From: Oikopleura dioica
Taxonomy: Eukaryota; Animalia; Chordata
Direction: 5' to 3'
Assembly: GCA_907165135.1 (NCBI GenBank)
Contig: OU015570.1
Coordinates: 2,129,929 to 2,193,928, forward strand
DNA length: 64,000 bases
The stretch's first letter is position 1, and each line of letters opens with the position of its first letter. Under the pieces are notes generated by a model. The model was given only the letters and a program-made list of their open reading frames with translations, did no database searches and was not told the origin of the DNA. A program made the position numbers and the translations under genes. Shown one piece after another: positions 36,257 to 48,426 of the stretch.

Positions 36257-37107
36257 CTGGTAACTGCACAGATTGAAAACCCAGAGACCTCCCACGAACG
36301 AAGACTGAAACAACATCAAAGAGAAATTTCCAATTGTGCCGAATCCAGATCCTGTTGCTGAGACTTGTAAGTTAAAGTGTGAATCTTGGGAGTGGGAAGA
36401 AGGGCAATTTGGAAAAAGTGTGTTATCTTTTGGTGGACGCCTTCTTTGGATCTTTTGATTGCCTGGTTACTTTATCGTCGTGATCTCCACGCGCTTGTGG
36501 TCTCCAACCGAGCCGCGCCGATTTCGAGCGCCGCATCGCCGCACGAGTGACTTCCTACCGCGACGCCGGAAAAACTTGCGCTAGTGGTCTCCAACCGAGC
36601 CGCGCCGACTTCGAGCGCCGCATCGCTGCACGACTGATTTCCTACCTCGTCACCGGAACTCGCGTTGCTCTCCCCCTGCGCAGATACACATCTTCTTAGT
36701 TACAATAGTAGTTAACTACCCACTGCGTTTTGGTTTTTGTTTCGAGCACCCGCTTGGTTCAGTAAACACAAATAACGACTATCAACCTCGATCATCAGCA
36801 ACCCGCTGAGTGATCACAACGACGGTCGTACGTGCTGATATCCGCAGAAATCCGCTGCTCATTATCAGTGACCTGCTGCGCTAGTTGCAATCACACGAAG
36901 TATCCCGCAGAACTCCTCATTAGCAGCGTCCTGTCATTTCTGAAACCTGCTGAGCTGAACTCAGAAGAGACTTCCCGCTGCGACTGACGCCATTCCTCCC
37001 AGTCGAAATTTTAGGGTATCTCTTGCTTATCCGAAAAACGCTCGCTTGCCTGTCAATTCGTCGGAAAAAACTCATCTGTGCAAAAGCGCGTCTCTTCCAA
37101 AGTCAAG

Positions 37108-38795
37108 ATGGGCCTCAAACCTGTTGCTGAACTTACTGTGGCCGAGCTTCGAGCGGTCTGCAAACGCCTCAAATTGGACACTAAGGGCCTGAAGACTGAT
37201 CTCCAACAAACTCTTCGCGCTGATGCAAAGGAAATTGGATATCGCCGAACGGACGATCTTAAAGACCATGTCATCAATACTGACAACATCGATACCGAGA
37301 TCGAGGATGCACCAGTCACGACTGCTAGTGGCGCTTATCCTGCTCTCACATCTTTTTCATCGATCATCCCAGTACCCACGACGGAGTTGCCATCGGTAAC
37401 GAGTCCAGCGCCTGTTCCATCATCGACTTTTGCATTCCCCAAGTCTTGCTCAACGGCGCCGATCTCGATCACAAGTCTTGATTCCATGACTGCGTCTTCG
37501 ATGTTCACTCCTAAGAAGAGCAATTCAAGAGCCGATTCTGTCTCTCGCATTCTGGATGGATCTACTACTACTATATCGCCAGCCTTTGGTGGTCAATATG
37601 GTCTTTTCGGAAATCGCCTAAATTCTGGATTGAACTCGAATAGGAACGTGATTGGCCAATCGACGCAATTTGCAAAGACTTCGCCTCCTGTGACTCCGCC
37701 GATGAATCAATTCGCAGTCAACTCTGCTGGCGCAAGCACTTGAAAAGCCAGAGACAACTTAAGGGTAATCCTATACATCGGCGCGGCGCTGCTCGCTCGA
37801 TCCGCGCTACGCCAGAACCTATTTTTCACTAGCCCATAGAATCCGAACGGAGTAAGAATTTTCAAAATTCAACAAGATTTAAGATGCTTAAACTCTCTAC
37901 TATTTCTCTAGCAAAAATGAAAAAATCGGCAACGAGGAACCATCTGAAAACCGCCGGTTTTCTCCAAAAGACATTTCCCGCCACATTTCTCATTCAAATT
38001 TCACAAAACTCAGATGGTCTGGTAGAGAATCGTCTGCTCTACAATTCCTGTTTCTTAGATTTTGATTTTGTGCTCTCAATAATTTCATATGGTCATTTGA
38101 AAAGAGCGCTATTCTTCCTCGCGCCTCTTTGCTTCCTATTTCTCACGGCGCGCTCGCGCAGAAAAGAATAGCACTCTCTTCAAACTATCAAAGAGAATTA
38201 TTGAGAGCACAAAATCAAAATCTAAGAAACAGGAATTGTAGAGCAGACGATTCTCTACAAGCCCATCTGATTTTTGTGAAATTTGAATGAGAAATGTGGC
38301 GGGAAATGTCTTTCGAAGGAAACCGGCGGTTTTCAGATGGTTCCTCGTTGCCGATTTTTTCATTTTTGCTAGAGAAATAGTAAAGAGTTTAAGCATCTTA
38401 AATCTTTTGAATTTTGAAAACTCTCACTCCGTTTGGATTTTATGGGCTAGTGAAAATAGGTTCTGGCGTAGCGCGGATCAAGCGAGCAGCGCCGCGCCGA
38501 TGTATAGGATTACCCTTAAGAAAAAAGTTCTGACATCAAACTCGTTGTCTCGCGAGAGCCGCAGGAGATTGAGAGTCTGCTTGACCAAATTCTGAATTTG
38601 GGAAGTATCTATGAGTGGAGCGACGCGCAGCGCATGATCGTGCTCCGAACTAAGCTCAGTCCGCAAATTCAGCGAGAAATTGGAATGTCGGGTCTTGGAA
38701 ACTTCAATGATGCCGCGGAACGACTCCGTAAAAGATTGGGATTCAGTCATCAAAAACTGACGCTGTTGATCGAAAAGCTCTCTCGTGGACTGTGA
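37108..38795 (+). pseudogene. gag: gag of element A with an N-terminal SAP-like motif, interrupted and truncated
   Basis: LTVAELRAVCKRLKLDTKGLKTDLQQTL fits the SAP pattern. S/T/P-rich linker, then capsid-like YEWSDAQRMIVLRTKL after the MITE. Confidence 0.65.
37763..38515. mobile_element. Near-perfect foldback MITE, TTAA-GGG class
   Basis: TTAA|GGGTAATCC...GGATTACCC|TTAA, ~345-bp inverted arms. Confidence 0.92.
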
Positions 38796-38949
38796 CGGCG
38801 AACTTCTGAGTAATTAGGGACCGCGAGGCCCTAGTTACGCGGTAAGCCCGCGCTCTTTACGGCTTAACCGCAGAATAGCTCCGTGCACTATAAAAGAAGC
38901 AGTTCGGCTGCAGTTGCTCAGTCTCATAATAAAGTCTCTATTGAAAAGA

Positions 38950-41900
38950 GGACTTGTATTTATAAGCAAGAGAAGCAGGCAATTCGGCAGAGCATCCATC
39001 AGTTTTATACTGGTGAAGAAGACAGAACTCCCCGAAGAAGAAGAAGAACAAGCCGCCGCCGCCACCTGCTTTGGACTCCGTAAGTTTTTCAATCAAATTT
39101 ACGTAAAAAGGCGAAAAATTATCTGAAAAACTTTTATTTTCCTTGCCTTTGTCAAGGAGCTTTTTCAGAAATAAAAGGTGTCCCCCTTAATTGGAGAGCT
39201 ATTAAATTCACGGAGTGATTTTAAATAGCTAATTAGAACCTATTCCATTTCCCCAAACAGCGGACGGCCACCGCGAAATCCGTTTCCAAAAGTTTTTGGA
39301 AGCGAAGTATAAAAATCAAGCCAAAAACGGAGAACTCCTTCGCGGGTCTCAAAGCTCTGGTTAGCCGAAGGGTTGAATAAAATAGTCAGTACCCCGGTAG
39401 GCTTAAAATTAGTTTATTTTCTTTGTTACGAGTTATTCGAACGGTAGCTCTTATATTGAGAACCGGTTTTAGAGAAGCGCGCCGCCAAGCGGCGCGAGAG
39501 AAAAGTGGCAGCGAGCGCGTTGGAGCGCGCTGATTGGTCCGCTTGAGAGCGAAAACCAGTCTAGCGAGATTTCGATTTACCCAAAATCCAGCGCCCCTTT
39601 TGCGAATAAGCGCCGCCTAACGAGCAATTTCGTAGCTTGTCGGAGCGGTTTTGAATTTTGCTGAAGCGTCAGAAATTTATTTTTCTCTATCGTTGTCTGA
39701 GTGGTTTCCTCTTTTGGTAACTAAGGATTCAGTTGATTCTTTGAAATTTCATCGATCACCTGCACGATTACAATGGACATTTAGGAATGGGAATTAATAA
39801 TTTGGATTTAACAAAAAGTCACTTTATTAGAGTAAATTCGAGCATTAAAATTAATTGCCTCCGAGCGTGGACTATTTTGCTTTTTAAACAGGATAATAAT
39901 TCTGACAAAACAACGCTTCTTAATCAAATACTCAAAAGCCCATTAATTACGTTCACGTCCAAATTCTAAGCGAGAACGGAGGATATTATCTTTATCCCTT
40001 GCAATTCTGGGAGAGTTGTTCGAAGCAAGTCGTTGGTTATAATCGCCTTATTTACAGCTTCAATAGTTTATCTGAAGAAGGCCTTCAAACCATCGTTAGC
40101 GTCAACTCACCCTTATTGGAATCTTTCAAAACTCTCGATACCGCGCATAAACTCGCCGAGAAAACTCCGAGCTTTAAAGCCCTTCTAGACATGGAGGAAA
40201 ATTCGGAAGCATTTAATTTCGATGATATTAAGATCGAAGAGGATCTTCTTGCGAAGGAGCGCAAAAATAAGGAAGAATCGCTCCAAAAAGCGACCTTATA
40301 TGATATGAACTTTTTCTCATTGTCAAAACCTTTGGACTTGTATTTATTAGCAAGAGAAGCAGGCAATTCGGCAGAGCATCTTCCAGTTTTATACTGGTGA
40401 AGAAGACAGAACTCCCCCGAAGAAGAAGAAGAACAAGCCGCCGCCGCCACCTGCTATGGACTGCGTAAGTTTTTCAATCAAATTAACGTAAAAAAGGCGA
40501 AAAATTTTCTGAAAAACTATTATTTTCCTTGCCTTTGTCAAGGAGCTTTTCTCAGAAATAAAAGGTGTCCCCCTTAATTGGAGAGCTATTAAATTCACGG
40601 AGTGATTTTAAATAGCTAATTAGAACCTATTCCATTTCCCCAAACAGCGGACGGCCAGCGCGAAATCCGTTTCCAAAAGTTTTTGGAAGCGAAGTTTAAA
40701 AATCAAGCCAAAAACGGAGAACTTCTTCGCGGGTCTCAAAGCTCTGGTTAGCCGAAGGGTAGAATAAAATAGTCAGTACCCCGGTAGGCTTAAGGGATCC
40801 CCCGATTTCGCCAATTTTGACGTCGAACTACTTTTTCTGGGCTTAGCTTTTTAAATGGTTGATAGCTCATTTTGAAGCCCGTTTCTCAGTGAACAAACTC
40901 TAGTACAGGAAAAAATTTTCATAAGGGGAAACACCTCGAAAAAGCGGGCTGAATACATAGATACTCGCGAAAACCCCCGTTTTGGGCCTTTTTCAAAGTC
41001 GAACTAGTTTTTTTTGCTCTTATATAGAGCCCTAAATCAATTTTTATTATCTTTCTTGATCCTTTATCTACAATCTCTAGTACAGAGAAATCGTTTGGTC
41101 AAGTAAGAAAAATTTTTTCTTAAGAAAATTTTTTTGATGCCATTTTGGCCCTTTTCTGGCTCAAAATTGCTCTCTAGCGCCGATATATGGCCGTAAATCC
41201 GAATGCGGTTATCAGATTCTTAGTCAGTGCGCTGTAAGCGTTCGAAAGACCCCTTACACGTTTATTTTCGATGACATCGAAAAGTCAAAAATAATTGCGA
41301 TTTTCACGCTAAGTACAAATAACATGCATTTTTACGATTTTCGAGGGTCAAAATTTTGGGTAAAGATGATCGTAAGGGGGACATATAATATATCAAAATG
41401 ATCCTCAGAACACGGGGATTCTTAAAATGCCGCATAGACACCCGTCATAAAGACTTGAAAAATCGGGGGATCCCTTAAAGTGAGTTTATTTTCTTTGTAA
41501 CGAGTTATTCGAACGGTAGCTCTAATATTGAGAACCGGTTTTAGAGAAGCGCGCCGCCAAGCGGCGCGAGAGAAAAGTGGCAGCGAGCGCGTTGGAGCGC
41601 GCTGATTGGTCCGCTTGAGAGCGAAAACCAGTCTAGCGAGATTTCGATTTACCCAAAATCCAGCGCCCCTTTTGCGAATAAGCGCCGCCTAACGAGCAAT
41701 TTCGTAGCTTGTCGGAGCGGTTTTGAATTTTGCTGAAGCGTCAGAAATTTATTTTTCTCTATCGTTGTCTGAGTGGTTTCCTCTTTTGGTAACTAAGGAT
41801 TCAGTTGATTCTTTGAAATTTCATCGATCACCTGCACGATTACAATGGACATTTAGGAATGGGAATTAATAATTTGGATTTAACAAAAAGTCACTTTATT

Positions 41901-42401
41901 AGAGTAAATTCGAGCATTAAAATTAATTGCCTCCGAGCGTGGACTATTTTGCTTTTTAAACAGGATAATAATTCTGACAAAACAACGCTTCTTAATCAAA
42001 TACTCAAAAAGCCCATTAATTACGTTCACGTCCAAATTCTAAGCGAGAACGGAGGATATTATCTTTATCCCTTGCAATTCTGGGAGAGTTGTTCGAAGCA
42101 AGTCGTTGGTTATAATCGCCTTATTTACAGCTTCAATAGTTTATCTGAAGAAGGCCTTCAAACCATCGTTAGCGTCAACTCACCCTTATTGGAATCTTTC
42201 AAAACTCTCGATACCGCGCATAAACTCGCCGAGAAAACTCCGAGCTTTAAAGCCCTTCTAGACATGGAGGAAAATTCGGAAGCATTTAATTTCGATGATA
42301 TTAAGATCGAAGAGGATCTTCTTGCGAAGGAGCGCAAAAATAAGGAAGAATCGCTCCAAAAAGCGACCTTATATGATATGAACTTTTTCTCATTGTCAAA
42401 A
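38950..42401 (+). repeat. Tandem duplication (~1.38-kb unit) of U5-leader-5' gag of element B
   Basis: 38950-40330 repeats at 40334-42401. The second copy carries a 681-bp MITE and the first has a 1-nt gag frameshift. Confidence 0.92.
40794..41474. mobile_element. TTAA-GGG (Kolobok-like) MITE, 681 bp
   Basis: TIR GGGATCCCCCGATTT, TTAA TSD. The empty site is visible in the first tandem copy. Confidence 0.92.
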
Positions 42402-43250
42402 CCAACCAAGGTGACAATTTGCCAATATAACAGATCACTCCCCATCCTCAATTGGATAAAACTTGCCACTAATCAATTGGAACGGCAAGGGGTGACCGAT
42501 CTTAATCTGGAGATCGAAAGTTTAATAAAGGCGTTACCTGCTGCCGACCAAATTTCTCTCAATACTGATTTTGCTAATTTGCCCGAAAAGACCAGAGGAA
42601 TTTCGAGAAATTCCTTGACCTTCTGAAAAAGAGGTATAGGAAAAACAAAGCGGTCGCCCTGAAAAACCTTAATGACCTTAAATTCGGAAAGCCGACCGAT
42701 ATGAGGTCTTTCTTTCAACAGGTCAGAAGCTTAACTGAAGAAGCTCATTCAGAAAAGCCTAATGAGGTCATCGAAGCCTTGGCATGGGAAGCTTTTAAAG
42801 GCAAATTGCCGAATTACCTGACAAAGGAAGCTATGTTTAGAACGGCTGCCAATCGATCCAGAGATGAGCAGATCTCTCTCCTCGACGATTTGTATGCTAC
42901 GGCTATAGCGCCAGCAGATCTGAACCAGATTTCCCATAAAAGGTAATGGCAAATCAGCAGACTCCGAGAAGGAATCGCTGAATGCCTACGGTAAAAATCA
43001 AAGTCATAATTCTGGCAAGAAAAAGGGTAGTGGAGGAAATAATAAAGGGAATAAGGGGAAAAAATGGTATAATAAAAGAAGTGATACCAAAAATAACGGG
43101 GACAAAAACAAAAATCAAGGAAAAGATGAAAAAGGCGGAAATAAAAAGAAAGACGGCGATAAAGGTAACAAAAATCAAAGGCTCACGTTGTTTGTAAGAA
43201 ATGTGGGGTAAGGCCCACTATGCCAACGAGTGCCCTAGTGTTTTTTAGCC
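41859..43250 (+). pseudogene. gag: gag of element B
   Basis: ORF pieces 41859-42626 and 42701-42946, and a CKKC-G(V)KA-H-YANE-C knuckle at ~43194-43235 with a 1-nt shift. Confidence 0.75.
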
Positions 43251-43381
43251 GTAAAATGATCATCATTCATGATCTTTTCGCGTTTCTTTTCTTTCTCTCG
43301 TTTTTTAAAAAATTTTTTTCTGCCAATATTTTTCCTGTAAATATTTTTACGTTTTGTTATTTTGAATTCCCATAAAAAGCC

Positions 43382-46300
43382 ATGGGACATGATCTGCCTG
43401 TTTCCGAAATTGAAATCGTCCAGTACGACAACGACCACATTCTCACTTATGAGGTCAAGAACGTGTTATTGGACACTGGGGCCAGTTCGAGCTTTATCCG
43501 TAAGAACATGGTCCCAACCAATTTTAAAACTTCAAAGGTTTCGGTTGCACTCACCAACGCCTTCGGGAGCAGCATGTGTAGTATAACGGAGAAATTGTCA
43601 TGTTCTATCAAAATTGACAATAAAATTATTCCGGATGTTGAGATGTTGGTCATTCCGAAGCAGAATCGAATCGATTTTAATGCTGTTCTCGGATACAACG
43701 TCTTAAAACGTTTTAAATTGAACCTCAATGGACCGACAAACAGTCCTCTCCTTCTAAATCGAATGAAAATTGAGTGCCTTAATGAGGAGGTTGAAGAGGT
43801 CGTTAAACGAACGGAAAAGTCTGCGCTAGTGGCTAGGGAAACTAGCTTTATTGGGCCAAATGAAACCAAATTTATTCGAGTAGTTAGAACCGAAACACAT
43901 AAAGCGCCGTTAGAGTTAAATCTTATCGGGTCCGAAGGGCTCATTGAAAGAAATTTGGCGCTACAGACATATACTTTAACCGGCAATCATGATCAATTGT
44001 CGGTCAGCAACCATAATGATCATACAGTTGCTATTAAAAGAGAGCTGCTATTGCAGATTTAGCTGAGGAAATGCCTCAGCAGGTCTTAAATTTTTGGTAA
44101 AGAAAGCTGATTTACCACTGCGTGAAAGAAAAACTCATGAAAGTGAGTTTGCTAAATGGAAAAAGCGGCGAGACCTTCTAGTCGCGGACATAGATATGAG
44201 TTCCGACATTGAAATGGTCGCAAATACCGCGCCGATTCAATACGTTAAAGGTCTCCGCCAACTCCTTGACCAATATAGCTGGAACTGGTCAAGGTCGGCA
44301 TCAGACACAGGTCTGTCCAAGCATTATCTATGTGAGATAAAGCTCAAAGACATAACTCCTGTCTATCATCGGCTTTATCCGATTGATGCCCACAAAATTG
44401 AGCCAGTGGAAGAGAAGCTCAAGGAAATGGTAGAAAGTGGAATTCTTGAACCAACCGTTAGTGGGTTTAACAGCCCTTTACTGACGGTGGTAAAGAAATC
44501 AGGGAAATTAAGAGTAGTGAATAATTATTCTGCGGGAGGTGAAAATTCGATTAACTCGAGATTGATCCTTCCAAGATTCCCCACTCTTCCCGTTCGAACC
44601 CTTTTGGCAAAATTGTCAACGGCCATCACAAAGCTGAAAGAAAGATTTCCCGAGGATAAAATTATATTTTGCAACCTTGATTTGGCAAATGCTTTCTATA
44701 CTCTTGCGATTCGTGAAAAGCATCGAGAGTATACAGCCTTTATCTTTGGAGACAAACAGCTCCAATATCGAAAGATGTGCCAAGGGTTGGCATCAGCGCC
44801 CTCCACCTTTCAAGCTTCAGCAAATAAAATTTTGTACGAGATTGAAGGTAACGAGGAAAGTTTCTTCTGTTTCAATTATCAGGATGATTTCTTGGTAGTT
44901 TCGACAGAAAGAAATCATCTTCGCACTTTGGAAACTATATTTAGGAGAATAAAGGACTTCAACGTCGTAGATTCCCTGGCGAAATGCGAATTTTTAAGAA
45001 ATCCGTGAAAATTCTCGGGTTTGTTATCGATGAGTCAGGGATAAAAGCTCCAGAAGCCAAAGTCGAGGCGCTTCTGAATTTGAAAAATCAAGAAACAGCC
45101 AAACAAGCGATGAGTTTTAATGGATGTCTTAATTATTATTGTAGACTCATCCCAAAACTATCCGCACTTCTCTCCCCAATTGCAAAGGCAATTTCTCAAG
45201 GGCGACAATTTAAACTGACCGAAGTCATGAAGGACAATATCGAAATTCTTAAATCACACATCAAGAACGGAATCGGTGTGTGTCATCTCGTTTATCCTTC
45301 AGATGAGCAAGAAAATGAACACATTTTCGTCGCCTCGGACACAAGTCAATTCCAGACAGGTGCAATTATTGGCAACCTTACGCTGGACAATGACGAAATC
45401 AGCAACGTTCGCGTTTGTGGATATTCGTCAAAAGCTCTTGAAGAACCCGAGACATTCTTGTCCGCAAGGGCAAGGGAACTTGCGGGCCTTATGCATGGCA
45501 TCAACTCATTCAAAGACCTTCTTCCGAAGGATGCTAGGCTCATCTTCATAGTTGACCATAAGTCACTTGAAGATCTCCACTGCAAACCAAGTCTTAAACC
45601 AAGCAGCGGGACAAGAGCAAGACGAGCTTACAGCTCTGTCATGGAATTTTCTCGTGCTAGAGTTATCTACCTACCTAACACGAGTGATATCATTAAAACT
45701 TGTGATAATCTGTCACGACATCCAATCTTTGAAATTGACCACAAAGCTGTTTTCCATCCCTCAATTCTCTGTCCAAAGAGGACCAAAGAGAATTCATCGA
45801 GTGACCATCTGAACAACTTAAAGCTTCAGATTCCAAGACCAAAGGTCGATGTCAGAGCGATCATCGATGCCCAGAAAAAGTGCACTGAAATATCTGGGAT
45901 TCGAGAAAATATTGAGCAAAACAAGTCTAAAAACAACGATTATTTTTTGCTCAATGATCTTGTCTATAAGAAGGTCCGTAACAAAAAACTTGTTGTTATT
46001 CCGGAAAGCCTTACCATAGACATCATCAATTATTTTCATCAAGCTCTGTTTCACATCGGAGAAAAACCCCTGCTCCAGCACCTTAATAAGAATGAACATT
46101 TTCTTTTTAAGCAAAAGGGAAAACATGTCAAAGCATGTGTTAAAAGTTGCCTCAGATGCAATCATATTCACCGTCGCTACAAGACTGCGGACGTCAAGCA
46201 GAAGCTCGAGCCGACATTACGTCCATACTCGGCTGTTTATGCTGACACGATGCACTATGTCTGCGAAGGAAAGAAATTTTATTTTTAACATTCCTAGACG

Positions 46301-46510
46301 GATTTAGCCGTCGGCTAACAGCAAGACATGTCCGGTCACTCAAAGCACCCCATATCTGCCCCGCTCTCACTGAACTCATCTATGAAGCAGGCGCGATTGG
46401 GAATTGCCACATGATTCTAGACAGTGGCCCTGAATTCCAAGAAGAAGTCATGACTCTTCTTACATCATTAGCAGTCAGTCATAGCAGAATTTCTCCCCGA
46501 AAATGTCAAG
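43382..46510 (+). pseudogene. pol: pol of element B (PR-RT-RH-partial IN)
   Basis: LLDTGAS, LDLANAFY, QGLASAP, YQDD, ASDTS, H..H..C..C and LDSGPEF. Single-base shifts. Stops at ISPRKCQAN. Confidence 0.92.
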
Positions 46511-47320
46511 CGAACAGCATCATCATATCATCATCAGTCGGCCCCTTCCGCTGGACGTCCTGAAAATGGAACCTGAAGTCGACCAGAGACAATGCGACGT
46601 CGACCGCTGCATCAAACACTACAAAGCCAACCGTTGGGACAGGAGAGAATGCACGGAAAACCTCGCTAATAAACGAACTTTTGCCCTACTGGATGTGATC
46701 GAGCGATAATTCCGATTGTAACTGCAGTCGCTGAAAGCACAAGCAGCATATGCCAGATCTCATGAATCGCATCTGGGGAAAAGATTCGCCGGCGCTCCCG
46801 CTCTTGTTCTGGCAGCAGCGAACCTGGGTCTTAAGGGACCTTATCGAGCTGGCTGAAGCGCGACTTCAGGGGCGCTTCATTGATTTTTGATATGAGCTTT
46901 TTCGAAATTCTTTCTGCAAACATTATCTACAGACACTCTTCTTTTTATTGCAGCTCTTAGTTTTTCTTTATCATTCTAAATTCAGTCGCTATCGTTAGGG
47001 ACCGAACGCAAATCGGGGGTCAAAATTTTAAATTGCTTGAAATGAAAATTTACAATAGTAAATCGACTACGGCGAACATTTTCTTCCATTACAGCCACCC
47101 CGAAAAATGTCCGGAAGACCGAGAAATCACAGCTGTTTTCACAATTTGGTCGTTTTGAGGGTGCTAGAGTTGATGCGCAATTTTAGTCCCCAAAAAATCG
47201 AAAGATAAAATAAAAACCATTTCTAAAATTGAAAAATTTGTACAGGTTTGTAGGGGTCCCTGGGTGCGCAAGCCTTTTGAAGGTTTCAAGAGTGAAAATG
47301 ACTCATCATCATGGCGCGAG

Positions 47321-47395
47321 AAAAAACGAGGCGGCGGGTTTCGAACCCGGAGCGCCAGCATGCCGATCCATGACGCTACCGATGCGCCACATACA
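47321..47395 (-). ncRNA. tRNA(Ala)-derived Pol III-like module
   Basis: A-box TGGCGCATCGG, B-box GGTTCGAAACC, oligo-T end. Degenerate cloverleaf. Confidence 0.5.
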
Positions 47396-48342
47396 TGTAC
47401 GTTATCCTGAGAAACTTTATTTATAAACTTATATGGAAACCTCTTTGTTTCAAAAAAATCGGGGTCAAAAAAATCGATTTTTTTATTTTTGCAAAATTAG
47501 GCCTAGTAAAACCTAGCCGACCATTTTTAAAACTCAAGAATGATTTTTTCGACTCGTAAAAAATTAAAGCAAGATAATAAATCCGCAAATAAAGAAATTA
47601 AAATTAAAAAAAAAACATGTATATATAAACCATAAGAAAGCGTAAAATTTGAATTATTTATATTTTCTCCCTAAAAGGGTGTGGGTGGGGTTGGGGACAT
47701 AACTGAGATTGATCACCTCAGAGACCGCCGCCGATCTCAAGCCCCTTAAATTTAATAATCAAGGAACGGGGCTGAGACGGCCGAAATTTAATAATCAAGG
47801 CTGACCAACTTTTTTTCTCGTTTGTGCCCGTAGAATTTTTAACCCTTTTCCTTCCCCCTAGCAGTTTGATTTTTATCTATTCAATCAGGTTTTCTCGCTT
47901 CTTTGGTCAAGAGAAATTAAGGGGGAGGTCGACGTGAATAAGAATTTTTCGGACAAATTTCCCGAAAAATCTGATTATGTAATTATATTTTGACTTCTCA
48001 GTTGGTAAAAGAAGGGTATTAAGAATCTATCGGCAAAGAGTTTCGCGAGTCTTCGCAGAAATTTCGTGCACTTCTTTACCAAAAGTGGCAGAAGAAAAAT
48101 CACGAAAATATCAGAAAATTGCCAAAATGGTAATTTGGGGTCCACTTTGAGACAAGTTTTCGACCATTTTTTCTGGTCAAAAATTTTTCTTCTCTTCGCC
48201 GATAGATTTTTCAAACCCTTTTCTTCTCCCTTAAAAAGACAAAATTTTTCCAACCAATCAGGTTTTTCCGGAATTTTGTCCGAAAAATCCCGATTCTCGT
48301 CGACCCCCTGAAACTAAATTTATACCCATGCAAAATGGGTTG

Positions 48343-48426
48343 AGTGTCTAAGAACGAATGGCCTAGTTGGCACAAGATAGGGTCGGGTAACCTCTGTAGA
48401 GCGGGTTCGAATCCTGCCTGGGCACT
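48343..48426 (+). ncRNA. tRNA-derived module (pseudo-tRNA)
   Basis: AGTGTCT/GGGCACT acceptor-like stem, A-box TGGCCTAGTTGG, T-arm GCGGG-TTCGAAT-CCTGC. Irregular anticodon arm. Confidence 0.5.

Larger units (their letters stand above)
38791..46510 (+). mobile_element. LTR element B (5' LTR, gag, pol), nested in A and 3'-truncated in the integrase
   Basis: Starts TGTGAC. TATAAAA at ~38899, AATAAA at ~38928, PBS-like TGGTGAAG at 39011, donor-like GTAAGT in the leader. No second LTR found. Confidence 0.75.

Noticed and set aside
37884-38396. Two near-identical ORFs on opposite strands
   Set aside because: Mirror images of the foldback MITE arms.
39050-39070. GCCGCCGCCACC Kozak-like sequence
   Set aside because: Not followed by ATG. 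Part of a GAA/GCC microsatellite in the leader.
47321-48426. Functional tRNA genes
   Set aside because: Cloverleaves are irregular (extra nucleotides, broken anticodon arms). Kept only as tRNA-derived modules.
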